Source: a virus. Taken from it: a stretch of DNA of 64,000 bases. The stretch lies in IMG/VR virus record IMGVR_UViG_3300010396_000002, positions 32,001 to 96,000 of that record; one strand, written 5' to 3'. Below, piece after piece: positions 9,259 to 18,891 of this stretch; position 1 is the stretch's first letter; each line of letters opens with the position of its first letter. The translations under genes and the position numbers were made by a program. Under the pieces are notes generated by a model. The model was not told the DNA's origin. It saw nothing but the letters and a program-made list of their open reading frames with translations, and ran no database searches.

Positions 9259-9488
9259 CAGAAGACCTCGACGACCCGCGCGTCTCTGTTGCCCGGATCG
9301 TTCCGCAGCAACCACCCACTGGCGTCCTCGCGGGTCTCGAAGGCCTTCACGTCCTCGTAGCGGGGATCGACGCGAGCCGCTGACGCCCATCGCCAGAGGA
9401 GCCCACCACGGCTCTCCGTCAGCACGAAGTCACCGATGAAGGTGGACTCCTCGACGCGCCAGCGCGGGACAGGGGAGACGGTCAGCAC
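9258..9488 (-). CDS. Hypothetical protein
   Basis: High-GC3 3' part of a longer ORF. Confidence 0.5.
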   Translation of the reverse strand: MLTVSPVPRWRVEESTFIGDFVLTESRGGLLWRWASAARVDPRYEDVKAFETREDASGWLLRNDPGNRDARVVEVF

Positions 9489-9766
9489 TCGTCGCCCGTC
9501 TCGGTCAGGTAGAGGTGCACCAGTTCGAGCTTGTCGGTGGACATGCCGTCGAGACCCCAGCCCTTCCGCTTCGCCGCGGCCAGCGCCCGCTTCTGCTCGG
9601 CGACGGGGTAGCTCTGGATCTCCGCGATGAGGTCCGCCCGCCGCTTCATCTGCCAGAGCGCGGTCTCCACCTTGCTCTCCGCCGCCGAGAGCGCACGTGG
9701 GAGCTCGGTGTGAGGCACGCCGGGGAAGGCGTCCCAGATCCGTTGCTGGATCTCGGCCGCATCCAT
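9482..9766 (-). CDS. Hypothetical protein
   Basis: High-GC3 helical ORF. Confidence 0.6.
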   Translation of the reverse strand: MDAAEIQQRIWDAFPGVPHTELPRALSAAESKVETALWQMKRRADLIAEIQSYPVAEQKRALAAAKRKGWGLDGMSTDKLELVHLYLTETGDEC

Positions 9767-9874
9767 CTTGCGTCTTGCGTGCGTCGACGGGGATCCGCTT
9801 GGTCACCCCGTTGTGCGTGATCTCGATCCAGTCGTGCGCCGGGGTGAGGGCCGTCGGAACAACGATGCCCATCG

Positions 9875-10075
9875 TCAGTACCCCGCCACGATCCAGCCGA
9901 TGCTGACGAGCAGGATCGCGAGGCCGTAGAGAGCCAGCGCCAAGCTGGTGCGGCGGGTCGTGACCTGCACGTACCCCATCGGGCGCATGTAGACCTGACG
10001 GGAGCGCTTGATCATCTGGAAGAGCGCGACGAGCGCGATGAAGGCGGCGATGATGAGCAGGATCTTGGTAGCCAT
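9875..10075 (-). CDS. Two-TM small protein (holin candidate)
   Basis: GGAGGA RBS; 2 TMs; directly downstream of the lysozyme-like gene. Confidence 0.5.
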   Translation of the reverse strand: MATKILLIIAAFIALVALFQMIKRSRQVYMRPMGYVQVTTRRTSLALALYGLAILLVSIGWIVAGY

Positions 10076-10125
10076 GGGTCCTCCACGCGGCACACGGCCG
10101 CGGCTGTCGTCCAGCGCCGATGGTA

Positions 10126-10734
10126 TCAGAGCCCGACAGCGGCGGTCTTCTGGATGTCGCCATAGAGCGAGCGCGCGGCCGCTCGGACGGTGAGCAGATC
10201 GCAGACCCCGCCGGCGAAGGCGGCAAGCTGTTCCGACGGCGGCAAGGCCGCGCAGACCTGGCGGCTGTGCCGGATCCTGCTGAGCGCTACCCTAGCCTGC
10301 GCGCGCCGGTCGCCGCGAAGGTGGCGCGCCCTCTTGAGCTGCCAGAGCCCCTCGGACGTCTGCTGCCGGCCATCCCAGTCGCACCAATGGTCGCCCGGGG
10401 CCTGGTAGCAAGCGCCGAGGTCCACGTCCCTCCGCAGCCCGCTCTCGTGCCTCGCGACGCCCACCATGTCCCTGGCATAGAGCTGGGCCTGCCAGGCGTT
10501 CCCCTTCGCCGCCTCGGTTGCCACGGCCGCAACGTCGGCCGCGATGCTCTGGTAGCGGGCCAGCGCCTGCTCCGGCGTCTCCTCGAACCCGGGGATCTGC
10601 CGGTGCTTCTCGGGCGGCGAGAGCCTGAGCATCGCGACGAGCACCCGCTGCTCGAGGGTGGGTTCGTCGGCGGTCAGGTGAGCCGGCGAGAGCAGGACCA
10701 GGAGCGCGAAGAGGGTCAGGAAGATGGTTCGCAT
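10126..10734 (-). CDS. Secreted lysozyme/lytic-transglycosylase-like protein
   Basis: Signal peptide MRTIFLTLFALLVLLSPAHLTA; catalytic-type VARHESG and GLWQL motifs of the SLT fold. Confidence 0.6.
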   Translation of the reverse strand: MRTIFLTLFALLVLLSPAHLTADEPTLEQRVLVAMLRLSPPEKHRQIPGFEETPEQALARYQSIAADVAAVATEAAKGNAWQAQLYARDMVGVARHESGLRRDVDLGACYQAPGDHWCDWDGRQQTSEGLWQLKRARHLRGDRRAQARVALSRIRHSRQVCAALPPSEQLAAFAGGVCDLLTVRAAARSLYGDIQKTAAVGL

Positions 10735-10773
10735 GGCCACGCTCTTAGCACGATCCGTAGAGCCTGGAGCTAC

Positions 10774-10815
10774 TGTCACACAGTCGGCTTGCCCACGACG
10801 GCTCACTGTGTGACA
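10774..10815. promoter_or_regulatory. TGTCAYACA box pair in a divergent promoter region
   Basis: 10774-10782 and 10807-10815, 33 bp apart. Confidence 0.75.
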
Positions 10816-10864
10816 CTCGGACCTGGACGACAGCCAGCGCCGCCGCGCGCTGTGAGGAGGACCC

Positions 10865-11158
10865 ATGCCCGATCGAAGAGAAGAACCGCTGCCCACCTGG
10901 GCAACGCGCGTCATTAGCCGCACGGAACGCCACAGCACTGGCGTGAGCTACGCCGTCCTCGTCGAAGACGACGACGCCACGGACGCGCACGGCATCGGTC
11001 TCGGCGAGGGCCGCCGCTTGGCCATCTGGACCACCGAGGTGTTCTTCGGCGCGACCGACTCGCACTGCTCCGGCGGGGTCGCGTTCGTCATGGCGGCACG
11101 CGAGCAGGACCGCATCGCGACCGAGACCTGGGCCCGCCTCTCACGCGGGGAGGGCTGA
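10865..11158 (+). CDS. Hypothetical protein
   Basis: GAGGAGG RBS. Confidence 0.65.
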   Translation: MPDRREEPLPTWATRVISRTERHSTGVSYAVLVEDDDATDAHGIGLGEGRRLAIWTTEVFFGATDSHCSGGVAFVMAAREQDRIATETWARLSRGEG

Positions 11159-11162
11159 GCCG

Positions 11163-11534
11163 GTGCCCCGCGAGATCATCGGCTACGTCGTCAAGGTCGG
11201 CGACGAGTACGCCGACAACGACGGCTGGACCACGTACAACAAGACCAGGCGCTTCCAGACGACCGACAAGACAGCGGCCGACAGGCTCCGGCAGAGAGCA
11301 GCAGACAAGCGCGCGTTGGGCGCGGCGAACGTGGCCCGGGTCGTGCTCGTCGTGCGCCATCCGCGCGTCGAGTACGCAACCACGCACGCCGAGTACCGTT
11401 GGGACAGGGAGGACAAGTCGTACGACGCCCCCGACCCGGTGCCGCCGGAGGGCGATGGCTGGGAACTCAAAGCAATGGCCATGGACGGAGGGCTCGTGCT
11501 CTTCGCCTGGTCCAGGACCGTGAAAGGGAAGTGA
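11163..11534 (+). CDS. Hypothetical protein
   Basis: GGAGG RBS; high GC3. Confidence 0.65.
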   Translation: MPREIIGYVVKVGDEYADNDGWTTYNKTRRFQTTDKTAADRLRQRAADKRALGAANVARVVLVVRHPRVEYATTHAEYRWDREDKSYDAPDPVPPEGDGWELKAMAMDGGLVLFAWSRTVKGK

Positions 11535-11536
11535 TC

Positions 11537-12490
11537 ATGGGACGCTCTGCAACGGACCGCATGCGAGACGGAGGCGTAGAGGCGAAGAAGGGTTCTGTCG
11601 TCCTCGTGCCGATCGACGACATCTGGGCGCCGCCTGTCGGGCACCCGCTCTGGCACCCGCGGGCTGCTGACCCGATCGACGAAGAGCTCGCCGCCGACAT
11701 CACGAAGCACGCCGAGGTGAAGAAGCCGATCGTCGTCCGCGACGATGGCGAGGTGAAGGGCAAGCGGCGCCTGACCCTGCTCGACGGGGCGAGGCGCACG
11801 ACCAACGGCAAGGAGGCCCAGCGCAGGCTCCGAGCCTCCGGCGCCCTGAAGAAGTCCACGGACAACCCCAAGGCGCTCTTCTACGTGCAGGTGGAGTTCT
11901 TCAAGGGGAGCGACGCGGAGTTCCTCCTCGAGCGCCTCCGCAGGAACAAGGAGGACCCGCTGAAGAAGGCCGACCGCGCCTCCGTCCTGGCGGCGACGGT
12001 GAAGCAGCTCAGCGCGCCCGGGATCGCAGCCCCGCTCGACGCCATCGTGGATGCGATGCCCAAGGGCGTCGGCAAGCGCGAGGTCGAGTCCCTGATGGAC
12101 TGGGACAACCTCGTCGCGCGCTGCAAGGAGCGCTTCGATGCCGGGGCCCCGCTGGTGTACCTCCGCAACGTGCTCGACGCGGCTCGGGACGAGCAGGAGC
12201 GCACCCTCTCCGTGCTGGAGGAGTCCGGCGCGAAGACCGCGGCCACCGCGACCAGGGCCCTGCGGAAGACGGCGCCGGCGACGACGGCCCCGGCCTACAA
12301 GATGCGCCCCAGCAAGCAGGTCGTCGCGTTCCGCGAGAAGCTGGAGGAGCACACGGCGACCTACGGCGACGCCAAGGTCAGCGCGGTCCGGTTCATCGCG
12401 TTCCTGCATGGCGACGACACCGCGCTCGACGCCTACCCTTCGGTGAAGCAGGCGGCCATCGACGCTGGCCTCGTGAAGGCGGAGGAGTAG
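11537..12490 (+). CDS. ParB/Srx N-terminal domain protein
   Basis: VPIDDIW...PIVVR...LLDGARR, ParB-like motif. Confidence 0.7.
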   Translation: MGRSATDRMRDGGVEAKKGSVVLVPIDDIWAPPVGHPLWHPRAADPIDEELAADITKHAEVKKPIVVRDDGEVKGKRRLTLLDGARRTTNGKEAQRRLRASGALKKSTDNPKALFYVQVEFFKGSDAEFLLERLRRNKEDPLKKADRASVLAATVKQLSAPGIAAPLDAIVDAMPKGVGKREVESLMDWDNLVARCKERFDAGAPLVYLRNVLDAARDEQERTLSVLEESGAKTAATATRALRKTAPATTAPAYKMRPSKQVVAFREKLEEHTATYGDAKVSAVRFIAFLHGDDTALDAYPSVKQAAIDAGLVKAEE

Positions 12491-12493
12491 ACC

Positions 12494-12706
12494 ATGGCCA
12501 CGCTCATGCTCATCTGGCTCATCCTCAAGATGGTGCTCGCGGTCCTCGCGACGCTGTCCTTCGTGACCCTCTGCATCGTCGCCAAGCAGAGCCTGCTCTC
12601 CATCGGGCGGCTCGCCGACTCCATCCGGGTCAACGTGCTGCCTGCTGGCAACGTCTCGTCCAAGCTCTGGGACGCCTTGCTCGAGTGCCTCCGGAGGCAC
12701 GGATGA
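12494..12706 (+). CDS. Small TM protein
   Basis: GGAGGAG RBS; hydrophobic N-terminus. Confidence 0.6.
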   Translation: MATLMLIWLILKMVLAVLATLSFVTLCIVAKQSLLSIGRLADSIRVNVLPAGNVSSKLWDALLECLRRHG

Positions 12707-13614
12707 GCGAAAAGACCTGCCAGGTACACAGCGGAAAGGACGTCCCATGTGGAGCACCGGCAACGCACTACACCGAGCTGCCAGCAACGGGCCCCTGGTT
12801 CGCGTGCGCTGACTGCGCCGAGAAGACGCCGCTGACGTGGACGGGGCTGCGAGGCCTCTCGTGGCGCCCGCTCAGCGAGCTGGTGGTGTTCGTGCCGGAG
12901 CAGCCCTACCCGCTGACCCTCTGCGTGCCGATGCCTGATGCTGAGCGCTGCGAGAAGTGCGGTGGGCAGCAGTTCGTCAAGCTCGAGGTGACGCGCTCGG
13001 ACTGGCGCGCCGACTCGGACTACCAGCACGCCGCGATGTGCCCGACCCTGTTCTGCCCGCACAACAAGCGCTTGGGGGCGGAGACGTGCGAAGCGTGCCG
13101 CGCCGAGGACGACCGTTGGCGGAACTCCGGCAGCGCGCTCCGCGCGCTCTGCGGCGACCTCGCCTATGCGCTCGACGAGGCGGGCACGCACTACCCCACC
13201 GACCGGCTCCGGATGGCGGAGGAGCGCGGCTACGACCGGGACGACTGCCTTGCCGAGCTTCGCGAGGTGAACGGCGGCTGGCCCGAGGCGCTTTACGCGA
13301 TCCCCACCGACCTCGGGCGCCGTGTCCGCAGAGCGCTCGGCATCCCGGGGCCGCTGGCGTTCCTCGCCGTCGGGCAGGAGCGGTTCGAGGACGTGCTCGC
13401 CAACGCCCACGCGTTCAACTTCCGCGGTGTCGCCAGGGAGTTCAAGGACGCCACCCTGGAGGGCCCGGCAGCGGTCCTGAAGCTGCTCCACAGCCTCGCC
13501 GAGGATCGCCGCTTCATCTGCGGTTCTTCGTGGGGTGAGCGGAGGGCCGAAGCCCGCCTCGGCATCGCCTGGCGGGCGTACCGAGCCTGGCGCAGAGAGC
13601 AGGTGCAGCCGTGA
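12703..13614 (+). CDS. Cys-rich hypothetical protein
   Basis: Several CxxC pairs; ATGA overlap. Confidence 0.65.
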   Translation: MSEKTCQVHSGKDVPCGAPATHYTELPATGPWFACADCAEKTPLTWTGLRGLSWRPLSELVVFVPEQPYPLTLCVPMPDAERCEKCGGQQFVKLEVTRSDWRADSDYQHAAMCPTLFCPHNKRLGAETCEACRAEDDRWRNSGSALRALCGDLAYALDEAGTHYPTDRLRMAEERGYDRDDCLAELREVNGGWPEALYAIPTDLGRRVRRALGIPGPLAFLAVGQERFEDVLANAHAFNFRGVAREFKDATLEGPAAVLKLLHSLAEDRRFICGSSWGERRAEARLGIAWRAYRAWRREQVQP

Positions 13615-13826
13615 ACGACGCGACCACGGTCATCGTAGACGGCGCAACCTGGTGTGCGTGGCTCGACACGGGGCCGGAGGGCATGCCGCGCGTGAACGTG
13701 ACGAAGGATGGCGTGCCCGTCTATGTGAGGTGGGATCGATCTACGCTACATGGGCGCCAGTCGCAGCCGATCCCGTCGGAGTTGACGGAAGCGTTCCGCG
13801 AAGCGCTGAACGGTGGCCGATCATGA
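13611..13826 (+). CDS. Hypothetical protein
   Basis: GTGA/ATGA overlaps. Confidence 0.55.
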   Translation: MNDATTVIVDGATWCAWLDTGPEGMPRVNVTKDGVPVYVRWDRSTLHGRQSQPIPSELTEAFREALNGGRS

Positions 13827-14440
13827 TCGGCCCCATCCCGCACCCCGAGAGGTCAGCCGCGCCCGCGGTCGCCGTCGTCAGCCCCTCCGCGCTCGCGCCG
13901 CCCAAGCCTCTCGTCGATGACGGCTGGCGCATCTTCGCCGACGAGATCCGTCAGTTCGACGCCGACGGGGACGAGATCCCCGACTGGGACGACGCCTTCC
14001 CGATCTACGGCGAGATCGATCCGCACCTGTTGCCGGTCGGCTGCAACGCCTACATCACGACGGGGAAGAAGAACCCCACATCACGCCAGTACGTCTGGCT
14101 CCGGATCGACTGCATCGGCGACGGGCCCGAGGATGTCGGCGAGCGCTGGATCGGTCGACGCGACGACTACCACGACGAAGAACTCCGCGAGAGCGGCTGG
14201 ACGCACATCCTCGACCTCGCTTGGGATCAGGACTGGGACGCTTGGATGCTCCGCGAAGGCATCGCGCCGGGCCAGGAGTTCCTCGTCGACATCGAGGCGA
14301 CGTACACCAAGTCGTGGACGGACTACGGTTACGAGTACGACGTCGAGTTCGCCGTCGAGATCGTCGCCAGGGCCCCGCGCTCGCCGGCTGAGGTCGTGGC
14401 GCAGTGGGTCGGCGCGCTGCCGGAGGTCGTACGGCTATGA
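13823..14440 (+). CDS. Acidic hypothetical protein
   Basis: High GC3; overlaps neighbours. Confidence 0.65.
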   Translation: MIGPIPHPERSAAPAVAVVSPSALAPPKPLVDDGWRIFADEIRQFDADGDEIPDWDDAFPIYGEIDPHLLPVGCNAYITTGKKNPTSRQYVWLRIDCIGDGPEDVGERWIGRRDDYHDEELRESGWTHILDLAWDQDWDAWMLREGIAPGQEFLVDIEATYTKSWTDYGYEYDVEFAVEIVARAPRSPAEVVAQWVGALPEVVRL

Positions 14441-14913
14441 GCGTCCCGGCGTCGTTTCGCTGCTCGATCTGCAAAGAGTGGGCGGAGATGAAAGACTTCA
14501 CCGACGGGAAGTCGTTCTGCGAGAGGTGCTGGCTGAAAGAGAGGATCACGCCGATCCTAGACCCGCGCTGCAAGGATGAGGTGCGCTGGCTCCTCGAGCG
14601 CATGCTGCCCCACTACCTCGTTCCAGTGCCTCGTGAGTCGTTGCTTCTGTTCTCATTGCGCCGCATGCCCATCGGCTACGAAAAGGCACCAGAGGCCATC
14701 CGCTGCGATGCACGGCTCTACCGCTGCCCAGCGATCGAGTGGGCAGGCAGCGTCGCCTGCACAGACTGGGACGTGCCCAGGCTCGAGGAGCAGCTCCGGT
14801 TCGCCGGCATCGCGATCCTGTTCGTCGAGGTGCTGGCGGAGCTACACGGGCGCGGCAGGGGCAACGCGCTCGCCCGGCTCGTCGACGCCGTCGCGGACCA
14901 CAAGGAGGCGTGA
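14437..14913 (+). CDS. Zn-finger hypothetical protein
   Basis: CSIC...CERC. Confidence 0.6.
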   Translation: MSVPASFRCSICKEWAEMKDFTDGKSFCERCWLKERITPILDPRCKDEVRWLLERMLPHYLVPVPRESLLLFSLRRMPIGYEKAPEAIRCDARLYRCPAIEWAGSVACTDWDVPRLEEQLRFAGIAILFVEVLAELHGRGRGNALARLVDAVADHKEA

Positions 14914-14915
14914 CC

Positions 14916-15455
14916 ATGAAGATCGACCACCATCGAGGACTTGACCTCATCTCGATCGTCGACTTCGACAAGCTTCTGCGCTTCTCCGAGGCCGAGAGCA
15001 AGCGCGCGCTCGAGCAGGTGGAGCAAGCCTACGGCAGAGACGTGCGGGAGCGCGTAGAGCGCGAGTGCATCACCATGGCGCTCAGCCGCCCGCGCCGTTC
15101 GGGCTGGATCACCGGGCTTCATCGGTGGCAGGACATCGCCGCGGAACGCTTCAAGGCGGCCCTGTGCGCCGGCGACCCCGAGGCCAACGCCATCGCCGCG
15201 CTGATGATCTTCGTCTGGCGCCTGCCGCCGACGCACGGTCGAGACTTCCGGCCGTCGTGCCGAGCCGTGAAGGCCGAGAAGTACATCGGCCACGGTGGTC
15301 GTGAGATGGTCGAGATGACGCTCGACTGCGGGCACCCGATCAGGCCCAAGGGCGTGCTCGGCCGCTGGAGCAATCGCTCCTGGCACCAGGGGCGTCTCCT
15401 CCGCTGCTTGGCCTGCCATGCGCGGAGCCTACCGCCCGTCCTGGTCGGGCTATGA
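14916..15455 (+). CDS. Hypothetical protein with C-terminal Zn ribbon
   Basis: AAGGAGG RBS; LDCGH...CLAC. Confidence 0.65.
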   Translation: MKIDHHRGLDLISIVDFDKLLRFSEAESKRALEQVEQAYGRDVRERVERECITMALSRPRRSGWITGLHRWQDIAAERFKAALCAGDPEANAIAALMIFVWRLPPTHGRDFRPSCRAVKAEKYIGHGGREMVEMTLDCGHPIRPKGVLGRWSNRSWHQGRLLRCLACHARSLPPVLVGL

Positions 15456-15640
15456 AGCGGCCCCCGGTGCCGGAAGGCGGCTGGCAGAACTGCCGCTGCC
15501 CGTCATGCCTGTGCGTGCTGCGCGGCGTACCGATCCCGCCCGGAGTGACCTGCCCGGCACCATCGCTCGCCGAGCTAGAACCGTTCCCCGCCCTTGGCGC
15601 TCTCGCCATCATGATGCGAGGCCCCGAGCGCGGCCCCTGA
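15452..15640 (+). CDS. Small Cys-rich protein
   Basis: ATGA overlap. Confidence 0.4.
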   Translation: MKRPPVPEGGWQNCRCPSCLCVLRGVPIPPGVTCPAPSLAELEPFPALGALAIMMRGPERGP

Positions 15641-15807
15641 CGGCTCCGGCCTCGCGAGCATCTCGGCGAGCTCGTCCTGGGTGAAGATCATCGGGAGCGC
15701 GCACTGTCCAGGGGGCGGCTCCGGGATCGGCGGGCGCGTGAAGGCCAGGAACCAGGCACAGTACGAGCAGACGTCGGGACCGTTCGGGTCGCGTGGGCAG
15801 ACGAGCT

Positions 15808-16155
15808 TCACCGCGACACCTGCGCCAAGGACGTTGGAGCATGCACCGTCCAGTGCAACCAGGCCTGCATGCACGCTCGCCAGTAGTTGACGTCCCGGAC
15901 CATCATCGTCCTGTTCTGGGCTGCCAGGATCTGCTCTTGATCTGCGGCTCGCTCGTGCACGAGGTGTTCGACCGGCCATGGCGCCTTGAAGAAAGGGAGG
16001 GCCTTCCGGAGGGCGACCCTCGCGTCATGCACCTCGGGCGGTGGCCAGAGGCATCTGTCGGCGTCCTTCGCTGTCAGCAGCGTCAGGAGAGCGTCCAGGG
16101 CCAGATGGATGGCGCGGGCGGCTTCCTGCGGGTTGGTCGGGTTGGTGTCGTCCAT
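15808..16155 (-). CDS. Hypothetical protein
   Basis: Divergent from the 16230 gene; shares the MDDTN start with the 22674 gene. Confidence 0.55.
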   Translation of the reverse strand: MDDTNPTNPQEAARAIHLALDALLTLLTAKDADRCLWPPPEVHDARVALRKALPFFKAPWPVEHLVHERAADQEQILAAQNRTMMVRDVNYWRACMQAWLHWTVHAPTSLAQVSR

Positions 16156-16171
16156 GCCCGGTCCGATGCGC

Positions 16172-16235
16172 TGTCACACACCCTGGTCGCGCACTGTGTG
16201 ACAACTTGCGGATCCCCCTGCTGCACTGTATGACA
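16172..16235. promoter_or_regulatory. Three TGTCAYACA boxes in a divergent promoter region
   Basis: 16172-16180, 16195-16203 and 16227-16235 (the last contains the ATG). Confidence 0.8.
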
Positions 16236-18008
16236 GTGGTCATGGCGAGAGCGAAGAAGCCTGAGAAGCAGGCGGCCGCAGTCGTGCGCAAGCGGCCGAT
16301 CCTGTCGTGCACGGTGAGCCCCGAGGTCCGAGCCAAGATCGACGAGCAGGCCGAGGCGGAGGAGAAGACCGTCGCGGACGTGGTCGACGCGAGGCTCCGG
16401 ATCGGGTTCGGGATGGACTGCCCAGCGGCCCCCGTAGAGGCGCTCCCGCCCGACGTCGAGGAGGACATCGTCGACCGGGGCCGCGCGACCGGGCACGACC
16501 GGCTGACAACCATCGCGGAGCTGGTGCGGCTCGGGTTCCTCTACAACCGGCGGATGCTCGAGACGCTCGACGAGGGCGTGAAGCTGGCGACGCGCCCTCC
16601 GCCGCCAGGTGTACCGGCCGAGATCGGTTGGCACCGGCGCGAGGCCGACGCGCGGGTGCTCGGCAGCCTCCGCGGCAAGCTCGACCTTCCGGAACTGGAG
16701 GACGGCGAGGCTGAGGGCGGGTACCGCGAGGTCGACGTCGCGTTGCACCAGCACGCGGCCACGAAGTATGCCGAGGCCGCTGGTGGCGTCGCCTGCGTGC
16801 TCTGCGGCGCGCCCGTTCCGGAGTTCCCGGTGCAGCGGTCCTGCACGAAGGCGCGCTCGAAGGGCCAGACCTGCATGCGGTTCTGGGCCTGGATCCGCCC
16901 GAACAAGGAGACGGAGGCCTACGACGTCACGAAGATCGCCGAGACGATGGGCGGCCGCGCATGCCTCGTCGGCACCCGCATGCCCGTCTCCACCGTCATC
17001 TCCTGGCACGAGCAGGGCGGGTGCGCCGAGGTCCGCCAGCAGTACCCGCACCTGACCGAGGAGCAGATCCACGTCGCGCTCGCCTACGCCGAGGCGTTCC
17101 CGGAGGAGATCGCCGCAGAGCTCGGCCACTGGCCCAAGCACGTCGAGTACCCGCTCTGCGCGTGCGAGCGGTGCCAGACGCTGTACGGCCCCAACTACCG
17201 CGGGCACTGCATGTGCGACGCGACGGGCGAAGATGGGCGGTCCTTCCTCGACAAGGTCGGAACGCGGATCGCAGAGGCTCCGGCATGCTGCCATGCAACA
17301 TGGAAAGATGGCCGCTGGTGCCACCATCCGAAGTGCGTTCATGGGGACGAGAAGCCTCCGCGTCCGCCGCTCATCGTCGAGGTGCCCACGCTGCTGTCGC
17401 TAGTCCGCGACCAACTCCCCAAGCACGGTGCACCGTCGCGCGAGGACGTCGTGGCCGAGGCCCAGGAGCGACTCCGCCGAGCCAATGCGGACCGTCTGGC
17501 CAACGAGTCGACCGACAACGGGGCGACGCATCCTGCCATGATCGACGCCATGCGCCGGAAGGGCCTGCTCAAGACCGCCGACGAACTGGCGGCGATCCCC
17601 GTCGTGCACGTCACCGCCGGCCCCCATGCACAGCAGGAGATGGCTGCCCTCCGCGCGAGGGGAGTCCTCTTCACCTCCGACGAGCCAGAGCAGGACGGAG
17701 CCGACCGAGTCGGGGCCGTGCTCGACGGGGAGCCCGCATCGGGGGCCAGGACGCTGGTGCTGACCGAGCCCCTCGTCTACCAGACCACCACCGTCGACAT
17801 CGACGGCGAGGGCAAGACCACCACCACGATCGACCCGCGGCCCGTCGTGGACTTCGTGCCCGATGCGGGCCAGCAGGACTTCTACGCCGAGGAGCCCTTC
17901 GTCGAGCGCCGGGTCGTCGACTACGACGCCGACCCTCGGCGAGGCCGTGGCGAGCCTCCGCCGGAACCGAAGCCTGACCAGCGTCGTCGGCGCGGGAGGC
18001 GGGGGTGA
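16230..18008 (+). CDS. Multidomain protein: ribbon-helix-helix-like N-terminus, DUF433 and Cys-rich modules
   Basis: RPILSCTVSPEVRAKIDEQAEAEEKTVADVV (RHH pattern); GGRACLVGTRMPV...YPHLTEEQIHVALAY (DUF433). Confidence 0.75.
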   Translation: MTVVMARAKKPEKQAAAVVRKRPILSCTVSPEVRAKIDEQAEAEEKTVADVVDARLRIGFGMDCPAAPVEALPPDVEEDIVDRGRATGHDRLTTIAELVRLGFLYNRRMLETLDEGVKLATRPPPPGVPAEIGWHRREADARVLGSLRGKLDLPELEDGEAEGGYREVDVALHQHAATKYAEAAGGVACVLCGAPVPEFPVQRSCTKARSKGQTCMRFWAWIRPNKETEAYDVTKIAETMGGRACLVGTRMPVSTVISWHEQGGCAEVRQQYPHLTEEQIHVALAYAEAFPEEIAAELGHWPKHVEYPLCACERCQTLYGPNYRGHCMCDATGEDGRSFLDKVGTRIAEAPACCHATWKDGRWCHHPKCVHGDEKPPRPPLIVEVPTLLSLVRDQLPKHGAPSREDVVAEAQERLRRANADRLANESTDNGATHPAMIDAMRRKGLLKTADELAAIPVVHVTAGPHAQQEMAALRARGVLFTSDEPEQDGADRVGAVLDGEPASGARTLVLTEPLVYQTTTVDIDGEGKTTTTIDPRPVVDFVPDAGQQDFYAEEPFVERRVVDYDADPRRGRGEPPPEPKPDQRRRRGRRG

Positions 18009-18262
18009 GCCTCGCCTCATGGTGGAAGGGCCTCTGGTCAGAGCCGCCGGAGCCGGAGAGCCCAGCGCCTCTTCCGCCGCCAGACCCAGCCGCCTTGGCG
18101 GTGAACGAGGATGGCCAGCTCCAGTTCAGGACCGTGAGCGGGCGCACCGACGTCGCCATCATCCTCCGGCTGCCGGTCACCTTGTCGCGTCGGGAGAGCC
18201 TTCAGATCGCACGCGAGATCCTCGCTGCCCAGGGCCTGGACGCGCCCAAGGACAACGCATGA
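18005..18262 (+). CDS. Hypothetical protein
   Basis: GTGA overlap. Confidence 0.55.
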   Translation: MSLASWWKGLWSEPPEPESPAPLPPPDPAALAVNEDGQLQFRTVSGRTDVAIILRLPVTLSRRESLQIAREILAAQGLDAPKDNA

Positions 18263-18474
18263 GCAAGCCGATCTACGTCGACGGGGTCCCGCATCGTGTC
18301 CGGCGTGGCAGGCTCGTTCCGATCCCGGTCCGCTGGCTCGGCCAGGTCACCAGCCGGCAGACCATCAACGCGCGAGCGTCGAAGCTGACGCGCAAGCTCC
18401 GGCACCGGATGAAGGCCGACCGCTCCCGCGTGAAGCGCGAGGCGCAGGAGCGGCACGCGCTCGAGGGCTGGTAG
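18259..18474 (+). CDS. Small basic protein
   Basis: ATGA overlap. Confidence 0.55.
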   Translation: MSKPIYVDGVPHRVRRGRLVPIPVRWLGQVTSRQTINARASKLTRKLRHRMKADRSRVKREAQERHALEGW

Positions 18475-18846
18475 ATGCCGCTTGGCCCGGCTCCTGAAGC
18501 GAACACCAGCGCCGGACGCCGTGTGCATGTGCCGACCGGCAGGACAGCGACGCGGCCGCCACAAGCTGGCCTGTCCCCGCTCCAGCGCGTACCGACCGCC
18601 TCAGGAGCGCGAGTGACCTGGCCGCCTGAGCGGCTCGGCGCGCCACCGTCCGCTGGCGAGATCGAGGCCGTGCTGGCGGCGCTGCGCACCGGGCCGAAGG
18701 CGACGACGGAGATCGCCGTGCCGTGCCTGTCGCTCGCCGATGGGACGAAGGCGGAGATCGCCTGCGACGTCGCGGTGCTGCACTGGTTGTGGAGGCAGAA
18801 GAGGATCGCCTGGGACTGGCAGGCGCAGCGGTGGAAGCTGCCGTGA
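18475..18846 (+). CDS. Hypothetical protein (possible winged helix at C-terminus)
   Basis: Abuts the previous stop codon. Confidence 0.5.
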   Translation: MPLGPAPEANTSAGRRVHVPTGRTATRPPQAGLSPLQRVPTASGARVTWPPERLGAPPSAGEIEAVLAALRTGPKATTEIAVPCLSLADGTKAEIACDVAVLHWLWRQKRIAWDWQAQRWKLP

Positions 18847-18891
18847 AGACGGGGGCTTCCGGATCGGCTCTGCCTGTCCTATCCGGGCCGG

